In this document: piece after piece, positions 20,316 to 32,142 of the stretch
Layout: the number at the start of each line of letters is the position of its first letter
Numbering within the stretch: the stretch's first letter is position 1
Source of the DNA: Microcoleus sp.
GTDB lineage: Bacteria; Cyanobacteriota; Cyanobacteriia; Cyanobacteriales; Microcoleaceae
Assembly: GCA_052279835.1 (NCBI GenBank)
Contig: CP181291.1
Coordinates: 736,001 to 800,000, forward strand
Reading direction: 5' to 3'
DNA: 64,000 nucleotides
Program-made: the position numbers and the translations under genes
Notes under the pieces: model-generated
The model's input: only the letters and a program-made list of their open reading frames with translations
Told to the model about the DNA's origin: nothing
Database searches by the model: none

Positions 20316-23129
20316 TCAAACCATCTCTGTCGAAACTTGCATGGCTGGCTGTGGCTGGAACTGGAACAGCGAATAAACCACGTTGCGGCGAATATCCGTC
20401 ATCATATCCAAAAACAGCTCGTAACCTTCAGTTTTGTATTCGATTAACGGGTCTTTTTGCCCGTAACCGCGCAGCCCGACAGACTCGCGCAAAGCATCCA
20501 TTTGTTGCAAATGTTCCCGCCACAAAGTATCAATTTGCTGCAAAATAAAGAACCGTTCCGCATCTCGCATCAAATCAGCTCGGATTGCATTAACTTCCGA
20601 TTCTTTCATGTCGTAAGCATTGCGAACTTGTTCGTGGAGGAAAGTCTTAATTTCTTCTACTGACAAATCTTCTAGTTGATCCGGTGTCATGTCAGCTAGC
20701 AAATAAACAAATTCCTTTACCTTGCTGACCAGTTTTTCCAGTTCCCACTCTTCCGAAGGTAAATCGGGATTGATGTATGCTCCCACAATGTCGTCCATTG
20801 TCTGTTCTGCATACTTAATCACCTGTTCCTTGGAGTCCAAACCTTCTAATACCCGACGGCGTTCAGCATAGATGGCTCGACGTTGATTGTTCATCACTTC
20901 GTCATACTCAAATACCTGTTTGCGGATGTCATAATAGTAGGTTTCAACTTTTTTCTGGGCGCCTTCTAAGGAACGAGTTAGCATTCCCGATTCGATCGGC
21001 ATATCTTCCTCTACCCCAAAAGCTTTCATCAAACCAGCCACCCGTTCTCCACCAAAAATCCTCAGCAAATTATCTTCCAAACTCAAGAAAAACCGAGTAG
21101 AACCAGGGTCTCCCTGGCGTCCCGCGCGGCCGCGCAACTGATTGTCAATCCGGCGCGATTCGTGGCGTTCTGTACCGATGACGTGGAGGCCTCCGAAGTT
21201 GACCACTTCATCATGTTCGGTGCTGGTAAAAGCTTCGTATTCGCTGCGAATTAATTTGTAAACTTCCCGCAGTTTTTGAATTACTGGGTCATTTGTCGGC
21301 GCTTTTTCCGAAGCTACAGCGATTTTATCATCTGCTTCCAATTCCGAGAGCGATCGCTCCCCGTATTCCTTGACAGCCAAATCCACCGCCACCTTCAACA
21401 TTTGTTCGGCATTTTTCGAGATTTCTGTCGGGAAAATCTGCGCTGAAGCCTTCCAAGACTTCATCTTTTTCTTAGTCGGAGCAAAACCTTGAGCAGCGGG
21501 CCTGCCACTAATACCCGGCACTTGTACGGGTACAAATCCTTCCTCATCATCGGGCCTCACAATCCGGGGCATCAAATACTCCCGCAATTTCAACCGCCCC
21601 ATATACTCGGAATTCCCCCCCAAAATAATATCAGTACCGCGGCCAGCCATGTTAGTGGCGATCGTCACCGCACCCTTGCGTCCGGCTTGAGCAATGATTT
21701 CCGACTCTCGTTCCACATTTTCTGGTTTGGCATTCAGCAAGTTGTGAGGAATCCTCAGTTCCGTCAGCAACCTCGACAGCAATTCCGACTTTTCGATACT
21801 CGTAGTACCCACCAGCACCGGGCGGCCTTGGCCGTGCATTTCCGCGCATTCTTGGGCTATAGCATTCCACTTACCATTTTCCGTTTTGTAAACCATATCC
21901 GACAGGTCTTTACGGCTAGGAATCCGGTTTGTCGGAATCAGCGTCACTTCCAGATTATAAATCTTGCCAAACTCCGCCTCTTCCGTCTTCGCCGTCCCAG
22001 TCATCCCCGACAGCTTCGGATAAAGCAAAAAGAAATTTTGATAGGTAATCGTCGCCAGCGTCTGAGTTTCCGGCTGAATTTCCGCCCGTTCCTTCGCTTC
22101 GATCGCCTGATGCAAACCATCACTCCAGCGCCGTCCCGGCATCACCCTCCCGGTAAACTCATCAACAATCACCACCTCATTCTCACGGACGATGTAGTTG
22201 ACATCCTTGATAAACAATTCCTTCGCCTTAATCGCATTAAAAATATAGTGCGCCCAAGGATCTGCCGGATCGTACAAATCCGTAACTCCCAACAACCGCT
22301 CAGCTTCCCCAAATCCTTCATCCGTCAATAGCACATTCCGAGCCTTTTCGTCAACTTCGTAATGTTCTTCATTTTCCTTTCTCAGGGCGGTTGCTACCTC
22401 AGAGGCCCGGATGTACTTCTCGCTGGGGCGCTCCACTTGGCCGGAAATAATCAGAGGTGTCCGGGCTTCATCGATTAGCACCGAGTCCACTTCGTCAATC
22501 ACGCAGAAATTAAAAGGACGCTGCACTACCTCTTCCATGACAGTAGCCATGTTATCCCGCAAATAGTCAAAGCCCACCTCGCTGTTCGTCGCGTAGGTGA
22601 TATCACAGTTATAGTTTTTCTTTCGTTCCGCCTGATCCATGCCCTGCTGAATCAGTCCCACAGTCAATCCCAGGAACCGGTGCACCTGCCCCATCCATTC
22701 CGCGTCCCGCCTCGCGAGATAATCGTTGACGGTGATGATGTGTACCCCTTTGCCGTTGAGGGCGTTGAGGTAGGCCGGCAGTGTCGCTACCAGGGTTTTT
22801 CCTTCACCAGTTTTCATTTCGGCAATTTGACCTTTGTGCAGGATGATGCCGCCCAGGAGTTGCACATCAAAGTGGCGCATTCCTAAAACTCGCTGTCCCG
22901 CTTCCCGCACCACCGCAAAAGCTTCTGGCAAGATTTCGTCTAGAATCTCTTTCTCGTCGTTGAGAGACTTAGCTTTCGCCAGACGTTGTTTAAACTCAGC
23001 AGTTTTGCCTCTGAGTTCCTCGTCTGTTAGGGCGCGGATTTCTTCTTCTAAGATTGTGATATCAGCTACCCAAGGCTGAAATTTTCTAAGCTTGCGTGCG
23101 TTGGGATCGCCGAGCAGATTTTTAAACAT
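20316..23129 (-). CDS. secA: preprotein translocase subunit SecA
   Basis: [54 protein letters not shown]; cyanobacterial insertion present. Confidence 0.99.
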   Translation of the reverse strand: MFKNLLGDPNARKLRKFQPWVADITILEEEIRALTDEELRGKTAEFKQRLAKAKSLNDEKEILDEILPEAFAVVREAGQRVLGMRHFDVQLLGGIILHKGQIAEMKTGEGKTLVATLPAYLNALNGKGVHIITVNDYLARRDAEWMGQVHRFLGLTVGLIQQGMDQAERKKNYNCDITYATNSEVGFDYLRDNMATVMEEVVQRPFNFCVIDEVDSVLIDEARTPLIISGQVERPSEKYIRASEVATALRKENEEHYEVDEKARNVLLTDEGFGEAERLLGVTDLYDPADPWAHYIFNAIKAKELFIKDVNYIVRENEVVIVDEFTGRVMPGRRWSDGLHQAIEAKERAEIQPETQTLATITYQNFFLLYPKLSGMTGTAKTEEAEFGKIYNLEVTLIPTNRIPSRKDLSDMVYKTENGKWNAIAQECAEMHGQGRPVLVGTTSIEKSELLSRLLTELRIPHNLLNAKPENVERESEIIAQAGRKGAVTIATNMAGRGTDIILGGNSEYMGRLKLREYLMPRIVRPDDEEGFVPVQVPGISGRPAAQGFAPTKKKMKSWKASAQIFPTEISKNAEQMLKVAVDLAVKEYGERSLSELEADDKIAVASEKAPTNDPVIQKLREVYKLIRSEYEAFTSTEHDEVVNFGGLHVIGTERHESRRIDNQLRGRAGRQGDPGSTRFFLSLEDNLLRIFGGERVAGLMKAFGVEEDMPIESGMLTRSLEGAQKKVETYYYDIRKQVFEYDEVMNNQRRAIYAERRRVLEGLDSKEQVIKYAEQTMDDIVGAYINPDLPSEEWELEKLVSKVKEFVYLLADMTPDQLEDLSVEEIKTFLHEQVRNAYDMKESEVNAIRADLMRDAERFFILQQIDTLWREHLQQMDALRESVGLRGYGQKDPLIEYKTEGYELFLDMMTDIRRNVVYSLFQFQPQPAMQVSTEMV

Positions 23130-23607
23130 GGCAGGAGAGGCAGATTTTTAATAATTTAGCTAGTAGCTTTCAGCTTTAGGGACTGGAGTATTACCCACAG
23201 TATTTACCTTTTCCGATTGTAGCAACCATTGGCTCTGCTCTGTGGCCGTCACGGGCGATCGCTTTCTTGTTCCATCCTGCCATCACTGCGTTGCAGAGTG
23301 TTTCATCTCCCTTGAACAAAATCTATGCAATTACCGATAAACTGCGTCTGTTGCCCCGTGCTTCTGGGATGGCTTGTCTTTTTTTGAGATGTCGGGGAAA
23401 ATTTTGTAGTCCCTTTGCCGAAAAAACCAGCTTAAATCATCGGTGGGGATGTAACCGATGCGCGGATGGGGCCGCCTATAATCTTAGCAATCACTAAAAT
23501 CTATGTTTTTATCTGTAGATGTCAGGAGTAGATAACAGTCAAAAATCAAGCAGTTGTAATTACCAAATAGCAAAAAATCCTTAAATAACGTCAAGAACCT
23601 ATTTAAC

Positions 23608-25023
23608 ATGAGCGATCGCATTTCTGCACCCAACGTTTACTTATACGCTTTCCAACTTTATCATGACAACCAGGGCAGCGATCATCCTCTGTGGCAACAA
23701 TGCGAGCAGATTTTGGCTAAATTTGCCTATAGTTATGAAAAACTCACACCCCATCTGGTTTTTCCCACCAATTCTCACCGCTACTGTGCCGATTTACTGT
23801 CCGATTCTTCCCTCCCCTTTAATACCCGCAATCCCTTGATCGAAGGTTTTGCCCAACCTCGACAAATTCAAGATAGCTATGCTGTCTGTTTAAATATAGG
23901 TTGCCGGGAAGATGGCACTGCTAATAATTTAGATGTCAGTTTTATTGAAAAATTTAACCCCAATCAAGCTTTACTCATCAGCGGTGATGACAATTTTTTA
24001 GGTCAAACTCTGCTCGTTACCGCATGGCTGACCGAACCAAACTTACCCGATAATTTAGATTCCCTCAAACCCCTGGCTGATAAATGTCGCGATTCTTTAT
24101 TTTCCGGCGATTCTCCCCCTAGTTTTTACCGATCGGGTAAACTGTTTGGTAGCCCGATTTTTGAATACGGTTCACTTACCGATCTTCCCCATTGTCACCA
24201 CCTCTTTGTCTGGCTCCTGGGCGACAAACAAACTGATGCAGATTTTAACACTTGCCAACAGGAAATATTTAACCTATTATTTCACAGACACAAAATTATT
24301 AAGGCTTTTCAAGACAGCCGCCAGATTTACCAGGAACTTGATGCCGAATACCGCACCATTGAGAAAAATATGGAGGTTTTGCAGCAGCAATTTGCCCAGG
24401 ATACTGTATTAACTTCTTCTCAATTGCAAGAATTGCAGGAACAGTTAAAGCAACTCTTTTGCAAATCTGTAACTTATACTCGCTTGTTGCGGAAACTTGC
24501 AGATTTTGATAATACAATTGCCATAAATATTTACAATTATAATGAGATTTTGCAGAAAATATGTGTTATGATTGAAAGCGATAAGGAAGAACTATCGATA
24601 TTAAATAGTTTTAGTATAAAAAATGCGCGTCAGATGCGATCGCAAATAGCAGGGGACCTAGGATATTTCCACCACGGAACCAGTTTAATCGAACAGGCGA
24701 TCGCCTCCATTAGAGGGATAGTAGAAATAGAACAAGCCAGGAGCGATCGCGCCCACCAAATCGAACTCCGCAACAGCGAAACAGCAGAGAAAAATCGAGA
24801 CGATCGCATAGAAAGCAAAGTTCAGGCGATCGGAGTTGGTATAGCCGCAGGTGGCATCTGTGCCTCTAGCGGCACAGACAAACTGTTCGAGACTCTAGAA
24901 CAAAATCACGTTCCCGCACCCTTAATCCTGTGGCATCCCTTTGTATTTTCATTTTTGCTCAGTGGCACGATCGCCCTGTTGGCAGCAGGCATCACAGCGT
25001 GGCGGACGAAACCCAAAAAGTAG
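23608..25023 (+). CDS. hypothetical protein, helical/coiled-coil with two C-terminal hydrophobic segments
   Basis: 471-aa ORF; long amphipathic helices, then AIGVGIAAGGIC and PFVFSFLLSGTIALLAAGITAW. Confidence 0.75.
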   Translation: MSDRISAPNVYLYAFQLYHDNQGSDHPLWQQCEQILAKFAYSYEKLTPHLVFPTNSHRYCADLLSDSSLPFNTRNPLIEGFAQPRQIQDSYAVCLNIGCREDGTANNLDVSFIEKFNPNQALLISGDDNFLGQTLLVTAWLTEPNLPDNLDSLKPLADKCRDSLFSGDSPPSFYRSGKLFGSPIFEYGSLTDLPHCHHLFVWLLGDKQTDADFNTCQQEIFNLLFHRHKIIKAFQDSRQIYQELDAEYRTIEKNMEVLQQQFAQDTVLTSSQLQELQEQLKQLFCKSVTYTRLLRKLADFDNTIAINIYNYNEILQKICVMIESDKEELSILNSFSIKNARQMRSQIAGDLGYFHHGTSLIEQAIASIRGIVEIEQARSDRAHQIELRNSETAEKNRDDRIESKVQAIGVGIAAGGICASSGTDKLFETLEQNHVPAPLILWHPFVFSFLLSGTIALLAAGITAWRTKPKK

Positions 25024-25081
25024 CAAAAAGGGCGATCGAGCAAAGCCAACTCAGAAATTCCTCAGAGAGCGAACATCGATC

Positions 25082-28027
25082 TTAAAGACTAGCCAGCGGT
25101 AATACCAACCGAGCTACAACCAAATTACGATCTAAAATTTCCATAGACAGATTTCCCCCCATCAACCGCACCGCCCGCTGACAACTCAATAAAACTTGAA
25201 ACATCGGCTGATTAAAATTAGCATCACCTAAAATATTCGGTGCAGACATACCATTGAAGATAGCAATTAACTGTGGATCGAACCCACCGCGATCGGTAAC
25301 AGACAACTCCAGCAAATCGGCGGCGACAATCTGATAGCGAACCTCAATTTTCCCCCCAACGGACGATCGCCGACAAGCAGCCGCCAGCAATTCCCACAGC
25401 ACCAAATCCAGCTTGATACTGTCCCCCCGAACGCCCAAAGTCTTACCCGGTGGTAGCGAAACCGACGTCTCCCGGTTGACTTCCAACAAAATTTCTAACT
25501 GCTTGATCAGAGGAGCAGCCCGATCGAGCGATCGCTTCAACCAAGCACCCACCGGCACCGCATCCAATCCAAATTGCGGCCGCCACTGTTCCTGCTTCAA
25601 AACCAAATGAATCGACCCCAAAGCATTACCAATCTGACGCAAAACCTGCTGGTAGCGCAAACTTTTAAGAGCATCCTTTTGTTCTTTCCCAGACTGCAAA
25701 ATCGACTCACTCAACTCCCCCAACTCCTTCACCCCCGTTCCCACAATCCGGTAAAACTCCTCAAAACGCCGCTGCTTATACCAATTGAGCAACTCCAGAT
25801 CCGATCGCTGCAACGAACACACAGACTGCACGGCCAAATACCGACGCCACCAAGCCAAATGAGAAGCCATCTGGTCCAGTAAATTCACTGATAACTCCGA
25901 CCACCGACGCCCCCCAGCATCCGCCACCAATAAGATACCCATCGGCTCGTGTTCCGGCGCAGTCCGCAGCGCCACCGCCATCATCTCCCCAATACCCGGA
26001 CTGCGCAGCCACCGCTTAGTGGCCAGCGGCAATTCACTCATACTGTGTTGCACCACCCCCCCAGCAGCGACAACTTGTTGAATCAAAAAATCAGTTTTGA
26101 CGGGAATCGCTGCTTCGGGATTGAGAGCAAATACCGGATTGGCCGCCACCGTCACAATCAAAGCTTCCTCTTGGTGAAAATTCCAAGTAATTACCGCCAC
26201 TAAAGGACAAGAAACCGTCTGAGCAACGTATTGAGCAAAGTTATACTCTAGTTTTTGTCGTGGCAAATCTCGAAAAATCCCCGGTGATGACATCGATATC
26301 TGTTCGGGAGATGGTTCCAGGGGAGTTTCTAAAGCAGCTAAGCCTGATTTGAGTCCTCGGTAGAATTGTTGGTACTTATCCAGTTCCGAACTCTGCTGCC
26401 ACTGGTGCAGAATCAGCCCTAGCTGTTGACTGACAACTTGAACTAATTCTCGCTCCGATCGACTCCAATTCCGAGTAGCACTGTGTCCGACAACCAACAA
26501 ACCCTCTATCGAATGGGAATTTGGGATGGGAGATTGGAGATTCGAGTGTTCTGCTTGTACCCTCGAACTTCTGTCCTCCGACTTCTTACCCCGCGTGCTC
26601 AGCGCCAACAGCGAGCGTACACCCGCTTCTGTCAGCACTTCCCGCCAAGCCCCCAATCGCCCGTCTTCCTCCCAATTTTCAATGGCCACTGTGTCCACAC
26701 TGTTCTCCAGCAGCCGCAAATCCACCAAGTCAAGAGCCTTAAGCGGTGATGGCACTGCTCTGCGGTGACGGGGCAGATTTTGGCACACAATTTCATACCG
26801 ATCCAGTTCTTCCTCGTACAGCAGCAGCAGAAAGTATTCGCAGTTGAGCCGCCCACAAAGTTGAGCCGCCGTATTTTTCAGAGTCGTTTCCCAGTCAGCA
26901 TCGCTGTAGATGGCGCGAGCTATGCCCGCTGTTAAATCTCGATCGATCTCCGTTTGCTGAATCCGCCCTTCCATCTCCGACAACGGCACCGTCAGAGCCA
27001 CCAACTGCCCCACTCCCCGCAGGTAATTTTTTTCATGTTCTTGCCAAATCCGCGGTTCGCTCGCTTCCACAGCCAGAAATCCCAGCAATTCCCCCTCTAA
27101 CACAATTGGTGCCGCCAGGAGCGATCGCGCCCGAATTTGCTGCATCAACCGCCCGGTAAGTTCGCTTTTGAGAGAACTATGGGATTCTCCGATCCACACG
27201 ATTTGTTCCTTTGCCAAGGCCTGATAAAACCCTCCCAAGTCTTGGACAGTGATACCAGAAGCCGGTCGTTTGAGCCCGCCCAAACCCGGAGCCACTTGGC
27301 GATTGCTGACTCTCCGCCAAAAATAGCGCCGCTCTCGCTCGAACCAATAAACATTAGTCCTTGTCGGCTCGATAAATTCATGGCTGTGTTCGACTACTGT
27401 TTGCAAATATTGGTCTAGCGATCGCAATTCCCGCAATTGCGAAATCAGTCCGATCAGTGACTCATCCGGCCGCTTGGTCAAAGTGCGCTGCCAGTCTTTT
27501 TCTATTTGATAAAGAGCTGTTGCTAACGCTCCAAATACAATCGTCAGTTGCGTTTTTTCCGCCGACGAAAGCGAGCTTCCCCACTCATCGGTCCCCAGCA
27601 AAATTACCCCATAACATCGGTCTTTATAACGCAGCGGAAACAAAATTGCCCCTTGAATATTGAAATTTTGAGCCCATGAACGCCATTCTCCCGCTCTGTT
27701 TTCCTCCCGTAAATCCGGCACTACCACAGGCCGAAGCTGAATTACAACTTGTTCTAGCAAATCTCCCGGATTCAAAATAAATCGCTGTTTCAGAAAAGAC
27801 AAGTCACCGTTAGGCGTCATTCCACCTTTGCCAAACAGTCTATGCCCAGCGCGATCGTACAATCCAATCCAAATTAATCGCCAGTCGAATTCTCCTTGCA
27901 AGTATGAGAGAGTTGTGCCAAGCAGCACCTCCACATTCTCATCTTCTCGCAAAGTCTGGAGAACTCGCTCGAAATGTACAATTTGTTGGTCTGAATCCTT
28001 CGGTCTTTGCTGGTGGTTCATTTCCAA
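25082..28027 (-). CDS. multi-GAF domain protein with a degenerate HATPase-like C-terminus
   Basis: GAF motifs (ILFPLRYKDRCYGVILL, RSLLAAPIVLEGELLGFLAV, RNWSRSERELV); C-terminal LLELSVTDRG and RLMGGNLS. Confidence 0.85.
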   Translation of the reverse strand: MEMNHQQRPKDSDQQIVHFERVLQTLREDENVEVLLGTTLSYLQGEFDWRLIWIGLYDRAGHRLFGKGGMTPNGDLSFLKQRFILNPGDLLEQVVIQLRPVVVPDLREENRAGEWRSWAQNFNIQGAILFPLRYKDRCYGVILLGTDEWGSSLSSAEKTQLTIVFGALATALYQIEKDWQRTLTKRPDESLIGLISQLRELRSLDQYLQTVVEHSHEFIEPTRTNVYWFERERRYFWRRVSNRQVAPGLGGLKRPASGITVQDLGGFYQALAKEQIVWIGESHSSLKSELTGRLMQQIRARSLLAAPIVLEGELLGFLAVEASEPRIWQEHEKNYLRGVGQLVALTVPLSEMEGRIQQTEIDRDLTAGIARAIYSDADWETTLKNTAAQLCGRLNCEYFLLLLYEEELDRYEIVCQNLPRHRRAVPSPLKALDLVDLRLLENSVDTVAIENWEEDGRLGAWREVLTEAGVRSLLALSTRGKKSEDRSSRVQAEHSNLQSPIPNSHSIEGLLVVGHSATRNWSRSERELVQVVSQQLGLILHQWQQSSELDKYQQFYRGLKSGLAALETPLEPSPEQISMSSPGIFRDLPRQKLEYNFAQYVAQTVSCPLVAVITWNFHQEEALIVTVAANPVFALNPEAAIPVKTDFLIQQVVAAGGVVQHSMSELPLATKRWLRSPGIGEMMAVALRTAPEHEPMGILLVADAGGRRWSELSVNLLDQMASHLAWWRRYLAVQSVCSLQRSDLELLNWYKQRRFEEFYRIVGTGVKELGELSESILQSGKEQKDALKSLRYQQVLRQIGNALGSIHLVLKQEQWRPQFGLDAVPVGAWLKRSLDRAAPLIKQLEILLEVNRETSVSLPPGKTLGVRGDSIKLDLVLWELLAAACRRSSVGGKIEVRYQIVAADLLELSVTDRGGFDPQLIAIFNGMSAPNILGDANFNQPMFQVLLSCQRAVRLMGGNLSMEILDRNLVVARLVLPLASL

Positions 28028-28146
28028 GCGCCCCTAAAACTTTGTCCAAATCAAAATTAAGAATTAAAATAAAATTCGCAAGACCATCCACTATAATCTA
28101 AATTGTCAAAATTATTTTTTCTTATTTAATTATCTAGGATAAGTCA

Positions 28147-29307
28147 TTGGATATTTATCAATTTGGCCTGCGACCACTTTTGTTTTCCCTATTTAAAGCC
28201 GATGCCGAATGGCTACACAACCGCACCCTGCAAATTCTCGAATTAGCCGATCGCACCCAGTCCAACCCCGCAACCAGTCGAATTTTAGACCAATTCCAGC
28301 AATCTTTTCGACTGCAAGATTCCCGGCTAGAACAATCACTTTGGGGATTGAACTTCCAAAACCCTGTGGGCTTAGCCGCCGGATTTGATAAAAATGGCGT
28401 AGCTGCTAGCATCTGGACAAAATTTGGCTTTGGTTTTGCCGAACTCGGCACGGTTACTTGGCAACCACAGCCCGGAAACCCCCAGCCTCGCTTGTTTCGC
28501 TTGACAGACGACAGTGCAGCCCTCAATCGCATGGGATTTAACAATCAAGGCGCTCAAGCAATGGCTTCCCGGTTTCAGGCTGCGTACAACAGGGGGAAAT
28601 TAGACCACTCATACCCCAGCCCTGACTCCCCATTCCCCTTGGGGATTAATCTCGGTAAATCTAAGGTAACACCCTTAGAGCAGGCATCAACAGATTATTT
28701 GGAGAGTTTTAAGCTCTTGGTTGATTGGGGAGACTATTTTGTGGTGAATGTTTCTTCCCCCAATACTCCTGGATTGCGATCGCTCCAAGATGCAGCTCAG
28801 CTCAGTACCATCTTAGACATTTTGCAACAACAAAATCAGGGCATTAAACCTATTTTAGTCAAGATTGCCCCGGATTTAGAATGGGAGGCGATCGCCTCCA
28901 TTCTCGACTTAGCAAAAACCTACCACCTCGCAGGAATTATCGCCACCAACACTACCATCCGCCGCGACGGATTGAAAACCCAAATCTTGCCCGAAACAGG
29001 CAAACCAATTAGCGAAGAACCAGGTGGAATTAGCGGCCTTCCAGTACAAGAGCGATCGACACAAATCATCCGATTTATCTGGGAGCAAACTCAAGGAGAA
29101 TTGCCGATTGTAGGAGTCGGTGGCATCTTCACCGCTGACGATGCTTGGGAAAAGATTGCAGCCGGGGCAAGTTTAATTCAAGTTTACACAGGTTGGGTTT
29201 ACGAAGGACCTTGGATGGTGCGCAGGATTCTCCAAGGATTGCTCAAAAAATTGGAAGCCGCCGGATTTAATTCTATTTCGGAAGCCGTTGGTTGCGGGCA
29301 CAAATAG
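28147..29307 (+). CDS. pyrD: quinone-dependent dihydroorotate dehydrogenase
   Basis: [49 protein letters not shown]. Confidence 0.95.
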   Translation: MDIYQFGLRPLLFSLFKADAEWLHNRTLQILELADRTQSNPATSRILDQFQQSFRLQDSRLEQSLWGLNFQNPVGLAAGFDKNGVAASIWTKFGFGFAELGTVTWQPQPGNPQPRLFRLTDDSAALNRMGFNNQGAQAMASRFQAAYNRGKLDHSYPSPDSPFPLGINLGKSKVTPLEQASTDYLESFKLLVDWGDYFVVNVSSPNTPGLRSLQDAAQLSTILDILQQQNQGIKPILVKIAPDLEWEAIASILDLAKTYHLAGIIATNTTIRRDGLKTQILPETGKPISEEPGGISGLPVQERSTQIIRFIWEQTQGELPIVGVGGIFTADDAWEKIAAGASLIQVYTGWVYEGPWMVRRILQGLLKKLEAAGFNSISEAVGCGHK

Positions 29308-29389
29308 ATATGCCTTTTTGTGGTTTCGCTATCTTTACGAACAGGCAGGATGCCTGTTCCACAACAATTACGGGAGATATCTAAAGGAT

Positions 29390-30397
29390 TTAGACACCGC
29401 TGGGAGAGTATTCTCGATCGCCTTTGCTCAAAGCCGCCTCTGTTAATCCTGACACCGATCGAGCTCGCACAGCCCGGAACATCCCAAACCGACACAGCCC
29501 CGTGCCGAAGGCCAGTCGCATCAGCAACAGCGTCGGTACTTCGCGCACAGATTTAATCAAACCAGATAAACCAAAACGCACCAATCCTTCAGGTTTAGCC
29601 ACTCCTTGCCAGATAGAATCCAGCCAAGAAGGAAGAGTTGGTTCAGTCCAATCTGCTGTTACCACTTCACCCTCTACAAATCCCGTCGCTGCCAAAAGTT
29701 CCGCAAAGCCTTCGATGCTAGAAAATGCAGGATGAGACCACTGATCCAACAGTTGCTGCATCACAGGTTTCTCCCAAAAATTCAGTGGCTTTTGTCTGTC
29801 GTCCCTTTGATTCCAGTCAGCAACCACCAGCAAGCCACCAGGTTTGAGCACCCTCATCAACTCCCTGGCAAAAATCGCTTTGTCCGGCATATGGGGCCCG
29901 GCTTCTATTGACCAAACAACATCAAAACTGGCATCGGGAAAAGACAGCGCCATCGCATCATCCACCTGAAACTCCACCTCAAGTTCCGGTGCAGTCAAAT
30001 CCTGAGCGCGTTTAACCTGTTGGGGACTGATCGTAATCCCTGTCACCTTAAAGCCGTAATCCCGCGCTAAAATGCGGCTGCTACCCCCAATTCCGCAGCC
30101 CACATCCAACACAGTAGTATCGCGGGGCGATCGATCTAAACCCCCCCAGCGCACCATTTCATGCACAAAGTCCGATTTTGCCTCCAGAAAATCCTTCCTC
30201 TGTGGCGGCGCACCGTAATGACCTAGATGGATGTGCTCGCCCCAGTAAAACTCCAAAATACCGTCTTCAGTCCATTGGTCATAGGAATTTGCCACAGAGC
30301 TAGATGATTGATAACGGCGAGCCGTGATCAGATACAATGTAACGCCCAGCGTCACTACAGCCAACAGAAGTCCCAGCCCGGAAAAAACCAAACTCAT
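29390..30397 (-). CDS. MPBQ/MSBQ methyltransferase (Synechocystis Sll0418-like; tocopherol/plastoquinone pathway)
   Basis: N-terminal TM helix, SVANSYDQWTEDGILEFYWGEHIHLGHYG, VLDVGCGIGGSSRILA, EAGPHMPDK. Confidence 0.88.
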   Translation of the reverse strand: MSLVFSGLGLLLAVVTLGVTLYLITARRYQSSSSVANSYDQWTEDGILEFYWGEHIHLGHYGAPPQRKDFLEAKSDFVHEMVRWGGLDRSPRDTTVLDVGCGIGGSSRILARDYGFKVTGITISPQQVKRAQDLTAPELEVEFQVDDAMALSFPDASFDVVWSIEAGPHMPDKAIFARELMRVLKPGGLLVVADWNQRDDRQKPLNFWEKPVMQQLLDQWSHPAFSSIEGFAELLAATGFVEGEVVTADWTEPTLPSWLDSIWQGVAKPEGLVRFGLSGLIKSVREVPTLLLMRLAFGTGLCRFGMFRAVRARSVSGLTEAALSKGDREYSPSGV

Positions 30398-30507
30398 TGC
30401 GATCGAGCCTTAATATTTTTTAACAATTTTATCCCACGATCGGGACTTAGGCATCCAGCCAACAGTTTGAGATTAATTCTGGGATTCCCCATCGCCCGTC
30501 TGTCTAG

Positions 30508-31956
30508 CTAAAATCTTTCCGCTAATTTCAAAGCATTAAGTTGAGCTTGCGCCTTATGCAGCGACTCCTGCCATTCCCTTTCAGGGTTGCTATCAGCCAC
30601 AATACCCGCACCCACCTGTCCCCAAACAGTTCCCCCCGCCCTACCGTCACTTTTTGGCGCATATAACAGAGTACGAATCAAAATATTTAAATCCAAATTC
30701 CCCCGCCAGTCCAAATAACCGCAGGAACCATAAAACAAACTACGCTTCACCGGTTCCAATTCTTCAATAATTTCCAAACAACGCACCTTCGGACAACCCG
30801 TAATCGTACCCCCCGGAAATACCCCTCGAATTAAGTCGATCGCATCACAATCTTCTTTTAATATACCAATCACATTACTAACCAAGTGCATCACATGACT
30901 GTAGCGCTCAATCGTCAGAAACTCATTAACTTGGACAGAACCCCATTCACACACTCTCCCGATATCATTCCGCTCTAAATCCACCAGCATAATATGTTCG
31001 GCTATTTCCTTGACATTCTCTACTAAATCCTGGGCTAACTGTTCGTCTTGCATCGCAGTTAAACCCCGCGGCCTCGTTCCGGCGATCGGTCTGGTATCAA
31101 CTTTATTACCTGATAATTGCACCAGTCTTTCCGGCGAACAACTAACAATATCACCCCAAGGAGTTTGCCAATAACTCGCAAAAGGAGAAGGATTAATCTG
31201 CTGCAAAGCGCGATAGATAGACCAACTATCACAAGCCGTACTAGCTTCAAACCTTACCGACAAATTAGCTTGAAAAATATCACCAGCCTCAATATATTTT
31301 TGAGCAATTTTTACTATTTTCTCATACTCATTTTTAGACAATCCTAAATTATAAATACCAGGATCATTTTGCTCCTTAGCTGAATTTTTATGTATTTTTG
31401 TTTCTGCTATTTGCTCTAGACAATGCTCCATAACATCAAGTTCAGAATTTTCACTTGCCGCTAACCAGAGACATTGTTCTTGATGATCTAAGACAGCAAA
31501 AGATGCTGGTTCATACCAACAACTAACCGGGAAAGGCAGCGGTTCTGGATTAATTTGGGGTAGTTGCTCAATTTCCCATGCTAAATCATAACCAAGCCAT
31601 CCCAACCAACCCCCAGTAAAAGGAATCGACGGCGGCACATTCAATTCTAAATTTTGCTTTTGATTGTGGAGAAGCACCCGTAAAAAAGGTAAAATTTCAC
31701 CTACAGGCGGTGTCCACAGTTGAGATTCACCATCAATTATTCGCGGAGAACCAGCACAAATAGAATATCGTGCCAAGTTACTCGTAGTTTTAACTGGACT
31801 TTCTAATAAAACCGCCATATCTTGATGCGGTAAATCCGAGATTGAGTCTGTAGAGTCTGCGGTTTTACTAATCAGAAATAAAGCCTGAAAAATCTCCGAT
31901 CCACTACGTTGATTTAGGGGAAGCTTTCGCCAATGCCAAGGTTTTATTGATGTCAT
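30508..31956 (-). CDS. chorismate-binding enzyme, aminodeoxychorismate/anthranilate synthase component I family (PabB-like)
   Basis: GDIFQANLS, SCSPERL, TRPIAGTRPRG, AEHIMLVDLERND, FPGGTITGCPK, LNILIRT. Confidence 0.9.
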   Translation of the reverse strand: MTSIKPWHWRKLPLNQRSGSEIFQALFLISKTADSTDSISDLPHQDMAVLLESPVKTTSNLARYSICAGSPRIIDGESQLWTPPVGEILPFLRVLLHNQKQNLELNVPPSIPFTGGWLGWLGYDLAWEIEQLPQINPEPLPFPVSCWYEPASFAVLDHQEQCLWLAASENSELDVMEHCLEQIAETKIHKNSAKEQNDPGIYNLGLSKNEYEKIVKIAQKYIEAGDIFQANLSVRFEASTACDSWSIYRALQQINPSPFASYWQTPWGDIVSCSPERLVQLSGNKVDTRPIAGTRPRGLTAMQDEQLAQDLVENVKEIAEHIMLVDLERNDIGRVCEWGSVQVNEFLTIERYSHVMHLVSNVIGILKEDCDAIDLIRGVFPGGTITGCPKVRCLEIIEELEPVKRSLFYGSCGYLDWRGNLDLNILIRTLLYAPKSDGRAGGTVWGQVGAGIVADSNPEREWQESLHKAQAQLNALKLAERF

Positions 31957-32077
31957 AATTATCGTTCTAATATACTATAGCCTTTCTCAGTTAGGTGAGG
32001 TGAGCGTGTAATGGGTAATGGAGCATGGGGAACCCCCCCGCCCCCCCCAAGGGGGGATGGGGGAAGGGCATAGGGCA

Positions 32078-32120
32078 TTACCAATTACCTATTACCTATT
32101 ACCTATTACCTATTACCAAT
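32078..32120. repeat. STRR heptamer array (ATTACCT)n
   Basis: Tandem ATTACCT/ATTACCA units next to a CCCCCCCCAAGGGGGG palindrome. Confidence 0.75.
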
Positions 32121-32142
32121 TCTCGATATTATCTCAAATCCG

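Noticed and set aside
21489..22331. 280-aa + strand ORF
   Set aside because: Antisense to secA with no recognisable motifs
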